From an uncultured Dehalococcoidia bacterium (GTDB lineage Bacteria; Chloroflexota; Dehalococcoidia; Lucifugimonadales; UBA3495), in NCBI GenBank assembly GCA_950072105.1, contig CATMOE010000005.1, positions 41,879 to 105,878 of the forward strand: a DNA stretch of 64,000 bases, written 5' to 3'. Positions 57,856 through 64,000 of the stretch are shown here, piece after piece (the stretch's first letter is position 1; the number at the start of each line of letters is the position of its first letter). Both the position numbers and the translations under genes were made by a program. The notes under the pieces are model-generated. The model ran no database searches. It saw only the letters and a program-made list of their open reading frames with translations, and was not told the origin of the DNA.

Positions 57856-58899
57856 CTACGACCTATTGCCCGCGGTCCAACGAGTTTGCAAGTACTTGCG
57901 GGCGGTTAGATTGAAAAATCCATCAAGGAGGCTGACCTCTTTGGAACTGATGGAGCCAAATCGGGCGTCTGTCTTGTTGTTGGCTTCCCTCATAGTTTCG
58001 TGATACCGGGCCCATAGGTCTGAACCGGTACCGGTGGCATCGGACACCAGATTCTCCAGAATCCTGCCCACATGGGCTTTCTGCGCCGGAATAGAGTCTT
58101 TGGGCGCACGATGGACGATCGCCAGGTCGAAGTGAGGGCCTACGGCCAGGACCGTCTTTTCCGGGTATACGGTAATCTTGTAGGTATCGGTGCCCGTGTG
58201 CTTCCCCTGGCCTACCTCGACCCCGGTTATCACGCGCAGGAACTGGATGGTGGCATACGCGTTCCTTAGCTGAAGCGGGTAGCTGTTGTCCGGGTCCCTC
58301 GACATGCCCCTTTGGGGCATCAATAGGTGAAGAACCAGACTGAAGTTATACGCGGTGCCCCTGGCCTCAGCCAAAGCGGCCAACAGGACGGGGAGAGCGC
58401 CAATGGTGCCGCCGCCGAGGAAACAAACCAAGTGGACTCTTAGATAGGTCTTCCCCTCGTAATAGGGACAGACTTCCCCGATAAGAGAATCTATGTGGCC
58501 TCTAATACTCGCGTAATTATAACGGCCGGCCACACCGGCGTTGGCCAGCATCCCCAGTGCCCCTTCCCTGGAGAGGCTGAGGTGCTTAAGTTCCGGGACG
58601 CACTCGGTTATCCAAGGCCGCATATCCCGGAGGTTGGAGAAATGAGGGAGTGTCAGGCCGATGAAGCTCGAGCCCCGGTTTATCTCGTCTCTGGTGGCCT
58701 CTCGGGTATCAAGATAGAGGAACCCCAACGATTTTCGGTCCGAGGCGTTCCAGCCAGCCGTGGAGTCATCTAAGTGTTGGACGATCTGACAGGCTGTGGA
58801 CCCCAAGCCGATGATGATGGAAGGAGATGCCACCCGCTGCATCGCCCGGGCCCCTCCCAGCCGTGTCAGCAATGTATTTCGTACGGATTGACTTACCAT
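57856..58899 (-). CDS. Divergent Tubulin_2 / FtsZ-like domain protein
   Basis: IIIGLGSTAC (T1), FLYLDT (T2), GALG..A.AG (T3), VHLVCFLGGGTIG (T4), LLMP and NAYA; GGAGG RBS before ATG 58899. Confidence 0.8.
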   Translation of the reverse strand: MVSQSVRNTLLTRLGGARAMQRVASPSIIIGLGSTACQIVQHLDDSTAGWNASDRKSLGFLYLDTREATRDEINRGSSFIGLTLPHFSNLRDMRPWITECVPELKHLSLSREGALGMLANAGVAGRYNYASIRGHIDSLIGEVCPYYEGKTYLRVHLVCFLGGGTIGALPVLLAALAEARGTAYNFSLVLHLLMPQRGMSRDPDNSYPLQLRNAYATIQFLRVITGVEVGQGKHTGTDTYKITVYPEKTVLAVGPHFDLAIVHRAPKDSIPAQKAHVGRILENLVSDATGTGSDLWARYHETMREANNKTDARFGSISSKEVSLLDGFFNLTARKYLQTRWTAGNRS

Positions 58900-58947
58900 A
58901 GAGCCTCCTGAGTCCAAGCAAGAACAAATGAATGATATAGACCTACT

Positions 58948-58976
58948 TTTATATTACGTTCTGCTTTTATTGTCAA
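58948..58976 (-). promoter_or_regulatory. Putative promoter of the tubulin-like operon
   Basis: Minus-strand TTGACA-N17-TATAAA in an AT-rich region. Confidence 0.6.
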
Positions 58977-59251
58977 CTTTTGTCGTCGCCAGTTAGTTAT
59001 GTCTATAAACATACTCCGTTGACATCGACGTTTACATCCCCGTAATAGTTAAACTATAGGCCTGTAATAGATCAATATCGTAAATAACCCATCGTGGCAC
59101 AGGTTTTCAAGGTAGACACGGACCTACCGGTGTTTTAGAGCGATGTGATTCGTCTCCGGAGTAAAGCAGTTCGCCCAGGTGAATCGAGGCGCCGCATCTC
59201 CGGAGGCACAGCCGGGACACCCCTATATGCCGTCTCTGTCTAAAGTACGTT

Positions 59252-60925
59252 CTATAGAGCGCCGTCGATGCTGACGTCCAGCAACGCCGGCTTACCGGAG
59301 GCATAAGCTCTTTCCAGAGCGGGTCCCAGGCCGGCCGGGTCTTCCACCGTTTCACCGGCAACTCCCATCGCCCTGGCGATCGCGGCCAGATCGAGGGGAT
59401 TGGCGAAGTCCATGCCCACGTAGTCGCTTTGCCGTTCCTGGTCGTCCTGCATGTGGCGCAGGTAGGTGTCCATATTGACCTTGAGTATCCGGTAAGACCG
59501 GTTGTTGCAGATGGCGTAGACGACCGGGATATTGTACCGGGCGGCGGTCCAAAGGGCTTGCACGGTGTACATGGACGCGCCGTCTCCTACCACTGCCAGC
59601 ACCGGACGGTCCGGGTTGGCCAGCTTCACCCCAAGGGCGCCTGGCATCGCCCAACCCAGCGCGCCGCCGCGGATACCGTACAGGCTACCCGGCTCGTCGA
59701 AGGTAAATGCTCGCATCAAAGCTGGCTGCGAGGTGATGGCCTCGTCGGCAACGATGGTGCCGGGAGGCGCGGCCTTGGCTAGTTCGTGCATCATGCGCTC
59801 CACCGGCATGGGGGTGTTGTCCCATCTCTGCTGTAGTCGTTGTTGATATTGCTCGCCGGACCTTTTCTTCTGGTCCGACCAGGTTGCCGCTCGAGTTGCC
59901 GCGGCCTCACGGTTGGAGGCGGACATCTCCTGGTCCAAGGCTTCGGCCAGTTCCGCCAGTCCGGCTCCAGGGTCGGCCAGGATACCCACCTCCGTGGGAT
60001 AGATCTTCTCCAGTTCTTGGGCGCTACTGTCCAGGTGGATCAGCTTGGTCTGGGAGCCCAAAAAAGGCTCAGACACATAGAGGAAAGAAGAAAATACATC
60101 GGTGCCTACAGCCATGACCACGTCGGCTCCGGCCAATAGCCGTTGGGTAGCCGGGCTGCTGGTATTTAGTATTCCTCCATATAAGTCGTGGCTGTTGGGG
60201 AAGTTTACTTCGGACATCGAGGTTGCGTAGACCCTGGCCCCCAACTGCTCTGCCACCCGGACGACCTGGGCGGCCGCGCCGGATTGGGCCACGCGGTCGC
60301 CGACTACGATGATGGGGTTGTCGGCTTGGGATAGTAGCTGGGAAGCCCGGGCCACGGCATCGGTATCCGGCCGGGTGCGGAAGAATCCGGCCGACGAAGG
60401 CACGATGTTCAGGTCGCCGGTTTCGTCCATGGTGTCCCAAGGGAAAGAGATGAAAACGGGGCCGGTTGGAGGAGTCTTGGCTTCTTTATAAGCCCGCCGC
60501 ACCGCCATGGGTATGTCCGATGCGTGCAGCACTTGCGTGCTCCACTTGGTGTACTGGCTGGTCATCTCCACCAGGTCCCCGGACAAAGTTGGGTCGGTTA
60601 AGAGCATCCGAGTGTCGGAGTTGCCGGCGGTTAGCACCAAGGGCGTGCCGCCCCGGTAGGCGTTGTACAAGGCGCTGATGCCGTTGGCCAGACCCCCGGC
60701 TATGTGTATATTGGCGAAGGCGGGGCGTCCCGTCGCCCGGGCGTAACCGTCGGCCATACCCACCGCCGTTCCTTCTTGCAACGATTGGATGTATCTGAGC
60801 TGAGGATAGTCTTGCAATACATCCAGCAACGGCGTCTCGCTGGTCCCCGGGTTCCCGAAGATAAATTCGGCGCCTTCGGCGATCAGCATCTGGGCCAGGG
60901 CATCTTTCCCGGTCATTTGGGGCAT
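59252..60925 (-). CDS. ThDP-dependent enzyme, benzoylformate decarboxylase-like
   Basis: FGNPGTSE, LQEGTAVGMADGYA, NIH...GLAN, PTGPVF, GGALGW and GDGASMY...NNRSY.IL. Confidence 0.93.
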   Translation of the reverse strand: MPQMTGKDALAQMLIAEGAEFIFGNPGTSETPLLDVLQDYPQLRYIQSLQEGTAVGMADGYARATGRPAFANIHIAGGLANGISALYNAYRGGTPLVLTAGNSDTRMLLTDPTLSGDLVEMTSQYTKWSTQVLHASDIPMAVRRAYKEAKTPPTGPVFISFPWDTMDETGDLNIVPSSAGFFRTRPDTDAVARASQLLSQADNPIIVVGDRVAQSGAAAQVVRVAEQLGARVYATSMSEVNFPNSHDLYGGILNTSSPATQRLLAGADVVMAVGTDVFSSFLYVSEPFLGSQTKLIHLDSSAQELEKIYPTEVGILADPGAGLAELAEALDQEMSASNREAAATRAATWSDQKKRSGEQYQQRLQQRWDNTPMPVERMMHELAKAAPPGTIVADEAITSQPALMRAFTFDEPGSLYGIRGGALGWAMPGALGVKLANPDRPVLAVVGDGASMYTVQALWTAARYNIPVVYAICNNRSYRILKVNMDTYLRHMQDDQERQSDYVGMDFANPLDLAAIARAMGVAGETVEDPAGLGPALERAYASGKPALLDVSIDGAL

Positions 60926-60947
60926 GGTGGTTACTTCCTTATTTATG

Positions 60948-60989
60948 AGCGATCAGCTTTCAGCGGTCAGCCGGATTCTAGGCTGATTG
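60948..60989. repeat. Heptamer repeat element F
   Basis: agcgatcagctttcagcggtcagcc...ggctgattg, next to the RBS of the minus-strand ThDP gene. Confidence 0.75.
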
Positions 60990-61026
60990 TTAGTTTTCAA
61001 CGTACCTCATCTTATACTCTTGATAC

Positions 61027-61851
61027 TCAGCCTTGCCTGATCGTTAATTCTTCTAGGAATTCGGTGATCATGTTGGCCATGCGCCGGGGCTCATTGGCCA
61101 TCAACCCGTGTTGCGCGCCGGGGAATATATGAAACTCCGAGTGGGGTATGCGTTGATGCAGATCGATGCCGCATTCAACTGGGATAGTGGCATCGGCGTC
61201 GCCGTGGACGATCATGGTGGGCATGTTGATTTCCGCCAACCGGGACTCAATGCTTTCGCCGATGTCCAGATAAGCCCGGATCGACATAACGATGCCGTCG
61301 AAACGCTCCAGGTTGATCTGGCTCAGGTTCGAAAATCGGTCAGGGTCATCGTGGCGGAGGGTGGGCTGGCGTGCCTCTAGTGCTTGCTCCACGGCGGAGG
61401 TCCGGCCATGAGCTGCCTCGTTGGACAGCAGGTTGTCTAGTTCGTTTTGGCGGGCCCGGCGCTCCGGCTGACTGTTATATGACATAGTGTTGATTAGCAG
61501 CAGCGAGTCGATCATCTCCGGATAATCCAACGCGAACCGCATCGCTATCGGTCCGCCGGCGGACGAACCCAGAACGTGGGCATGGGTCACTTCCAGGCGG
61601 TCCAGCAAAGCGCGCAGGTCTTGGACCTGATTGGGCAAGTCATACCCGCCGGATGGAGTTTCTGACTTTCCGGCGGCCCTGCGGTCGTAGCAGATAAACT
61701 GGTAATCGCCGGAGAAAACTCCGGCGTGATGCTGCACCATGGACGCTGAGCCCTCGCCACCGCCCAGGCCGCCGTGAATCATCACCAGAGGCGATCCGTC
61801 ACCCTGGACCTCATAGTACATTCGATAGCCGTTAATCGATTCTTCGGACAT
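61027..61851 (-). CDS. Alpha/beta fold hydrolase
   Basis: MIHGG, YDRR..G.S, GSSAGG nucleophile, HGDAD and GAQH; GGAGG RBS. Confidence 0.93.
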   Translation of the reverse strand: MSEESINGYRMYYEVQGDGSPLVMIHGGLGGGEGSASMVQHHAGVFSGDYQFICYDRRAAGKSETPSGGYDLPNQVQDLRALLDRLEVTHAHVLGSSAGGPIAMRFALDYPEMIDSLLLINTMSYNSQPERRARQNELDNLLSNEAAHGRTSAVEQALEARQPTLRHDDPDRFSNLSQINLERFDGIVMSIRAYLDIGESIESRLAEINMPTMIVHGDADATIPVECGIDLHQRIPHSEFHIFPGAQHGLMANEPRRMANMITEFLEELTIRQG

Positions 61852-62130
61852 AGTTCCTCCGGGCATAGATAGATGAATCGTTCCGTCACCCGTGGCTTGC
61901 GTGACTTGCGGGTGCAATGAAGCCGAACGCCGGGTTTGGCATTGTTAACACTACCCAAATATGTTAACAACCTCAACCTTCAACTGCACAGTTGGCCGGA
62001 CGTTGTAGTCTTGGCCTTAATAATGTGTTACGCGTATAGCAAATCTCTCATGGTTCGCCAATCAACTGCCACGAAGAATACGACTAATGGTACATTAGTT
62101 GTAGAACCGTATCCGGGGATCAGTGTCCTT

Positions 62131-62195
62131 CGCCCACCGCAAATCAGACCAGTAAGTGGATCATTGTAGAAAATGCTGGTCGCCGCTTAATCGCT
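62131..62195. repeat. 65-bp imperfect direct repeat, copy 1 (decayed coding remnant)
   Basis: 48/65 ungapped identity with 63065-63129. Confidence 0.75.
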
Positions 62196-62212
62196 CCTGA
62201 GAGTTCAGCAAT

Positions 62213-63064
62213 TCACGCCTTGAGTATCTCCCGCCGGGACAGTACCCGCTCCATCAAGGGCCGCATGCCCAGCTCGCTGGAGATGGCCAACGCCTCGTCC
62301 TGCAGCGAGACGGCTTTGGCATGGTCACCCTCACCGTCCCGCTCTCTTAACATGTCGGCGTAGTCACAGCAGGTCCAGGCCAGCTCGGGCCGGTAGCCTG
62401 CTGTGCGGCAGAAGGCGAGCGCGTCTTCAAAGTGGTCGGCCGCTTTGGCCAGGTTGCCCATCGTCTGGGACATGAGGCCGAGAAGACGATCGACTGATGA
62501 TAGATCGAAGATCATCGTGCCCTGCTGCCCTAGAAGATGATTGTATTGCTCCTCTGCCATGTCTCTCAGGAGCAAAGCGTGGGGCAGGGCAGCATTCAGG
62601 CCACCCATATAGAGTAAACTTACCGCTATCCAAAAGCGAGATAGAACCTCGGAAAAGGCCGTTTCATCACCGGCGGCCAGTTCTATGGCCCGCAGCCCAT
62701 TGTCTACGCTATCTTGCCAGAGGAGGTGTTGCCCGCTCACATCGGCGGTGTAGGCCAACGTCTGCACCTCCAATTGCACATCTCCTTCACGCTTGGCGAT
62801 GGCTATCGCCCGGCGCAGTGCCTGTTGAGCGCCTTCGTAGTCACCTTCCGCGATACCAAGAATTCCACCGTATCGAGAGAGTAGGCGCCCAGCTTCGTGG
62901 GAATCGGCCGGGACCAAAGTAAGAGCACGTTCCAATAGTTCGGTGATGCCTGGAATCCGAGCGGGAGCGAGCCCAATTGGGAACTCCGCTACGGCCACCG
63001 CCTGGGCGACAATTCTCTTCCCGGAAGAATTCAGTGTAGGGATTCGCCAAATAATTAGGTCCAC
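62213..63064 (-). pseudogene. C-terminal TPR-like fragment of a large ATPase-TPR protein
   Basis: TPR-like helices ending GMRPLMERVLSRREILKA; no RBS or NTPase domain. An internal deletion is suspected from recollection of this family. Confidence 0.65.
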
Positions 63065-63129
63065 CGCCCACGGTAGATCAGGCCGGTGAGTGGATCATTG
63101 TGGAATTTACTAACCGCGGCATAAATGCT
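63065..63129. repeat. 65-bp imperfect direct repeat, copy 2
   Basis: Pairs with 62131-62195; the minus strand reads KFHNDPLTGLIYRGRWT*. Confidence 0.75.
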
Positions 63130-63255
63130 TGGTTCGGACGGTGAGACGGGGAGAGTCGAACTCGGCCTGAAACGCGGGCTTGTCGTGTTGCCGGTGGCGT
63201 AGATCCATGCCGCTTATTTTCCGATTAGCTTCGTCTTTACGCTGGTTGGCATTCT

Positions 63256-64000
63256 CTATTTTGAAAGCCTGCTGTTTTCGTCATCTAGGCGGAATTGTTC
63301 CAGTTCTTCCCAACGTGCGTAGGCTTCAGCCAAAAGCCTTTTCAGTTCTTCTAGCCTATCGTTCGTGGCAACAATGTCAGCCCTGTCCTTTTTGTAGAGT
63401 TCTGGATCTCCCATGGTCTGGAACAACTCCTGCTGTTCCCTTTCGAGGCACTCAATAGTCTGGGGCAGTGCATCCAGTTCCTTTTGCTGATTGAACCCTA
63501 ATTTCAGCCTTGCCCTGGGTGCCTGAGCCGGTGGGGCGCCTTGTTTGCTGGCAGATGCCCTACTCGGTTTTGCTTCCTGGGGGCGCTGACGCAGCCAGTC
63601 ATCATAGCCACCCACGTACTCCTTCACGACGGAGCCGCCTTCAAAAACGACGGTGCTCGTCACGATGTTGTTGATGAACGTCCTATCATGGCTGACGAGG
63701 AGAATCGTTCCTGTGTAGTTAATCAAGAGGCCTTCAAGAAGGTCAAGGGTCTCGATATCAAGGTCGTTGGTGGGTTCATCCAGCACAAGGAGATTGGAGG
63801 GCCGGGTGAAGAGACGGGCGAGCATGAGGCGCTTGCGCTCCCCACCGGAAAGAACAGAAACAAGAGAACGAGCTTGATCGGGAGAAAAGAGAAAATCTTG
63901 CAGATAGCCGAGGATGTGACGAATTTTCCCGTTAACGGTAACTGTATCATTGCCGTCGCCGACGTTTTCTATGGCGGTCTTGTTTTCGTCCAATTGCTCA
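63256..64000 (-). CDS. uup: ABC-F family ATPase, Uup-like (5' end outside window)
   Basis: YLQDFLF, LSGGERKRL.LA, LVLDEPTNDLD, VSHDR, YVGGY and the C-terminal coiled coil ending Y.RWEELE. Confidence 0.88.
   Translation of the reverse strand, partial: EQLDENKTAIENVGDGNDTVTVNGKIRHILGYLQDFLFSPDQARSLVSVLSGGERKRLMLARLFTRPSNLLVLDEPTNDLDIETLDLLEGLLINYTGTILLVSHDRTFINNIVTSTVVFEGGSVVKEYVGGYDDWLRQRPQEAKPSRASASKQGAPPAQAPRARLKLGFNQQKELDALPQTIECLEREQQELFQTMGDPELYKKDRADIVATNDRLEELKRLLAEAYARWEELEQFRLDDENSRLSK

Noticed and set aside
59152..59207. 6S or SRP RNA
   Set aside because: The terminal-stem resemblance encloses only about 36 nt, too short for 6S, and the SRP domain IV motif is absent.
16869..60989. 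Heptamer or REP repeats as a CRISPR array
   Set aside because: No regular repeat-spacer periodicity and no cas genes.
63080..63100. DPLTGL as the start of a GGDEF domain
   Set aside because: It is followed by a stop within a few codons, with no NR motif or GGDEF core.

Overview
This is a GC-rich bacterial chromosomal segment, most consistent with Chloroflexota/Dehalococcoidia (SAR202-like). That lineage call is an inference from F420-type LLM and PPOX proteins, auracyanin-like lipoproteins, four paralogous ThDP enzymes and a TPR-family fragment. The window holds about 55 CDS, mostly catabolic or redox enzymes, plus Tat export genes, an E3-OFOR(alpha/beta)-E2 cluster, a long ThyX, an ECF sigma/anti-sigma pair and tRNA-Glu(CTC). 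The most unusual items are: (1) a two-gene operon encoding a divergent Tubulin_2/FtsZ-like domain and a separate helical partner; (2) a CHAT-STAND-TPR protein lacking both CHAT catalytic residues; (3) heptamer-repeat hairpins placed directly before ribosome-binding sites, including those of all four ThDP-enzyme genes; (4) an AT-rich GIY-YIG/HTH islet bounded by 27-bp direct repeats and containing an in-phase A_AAA_AAG slippery site; (5) an RlmD-Maf fusion; (6) an unannotated 31-aa zinc-finger ORF. Several decayed genes are also present. No CRISPR array, rRNA, integrase or transposase was seen. All calls come from reading motifs by eye; no database search was run.
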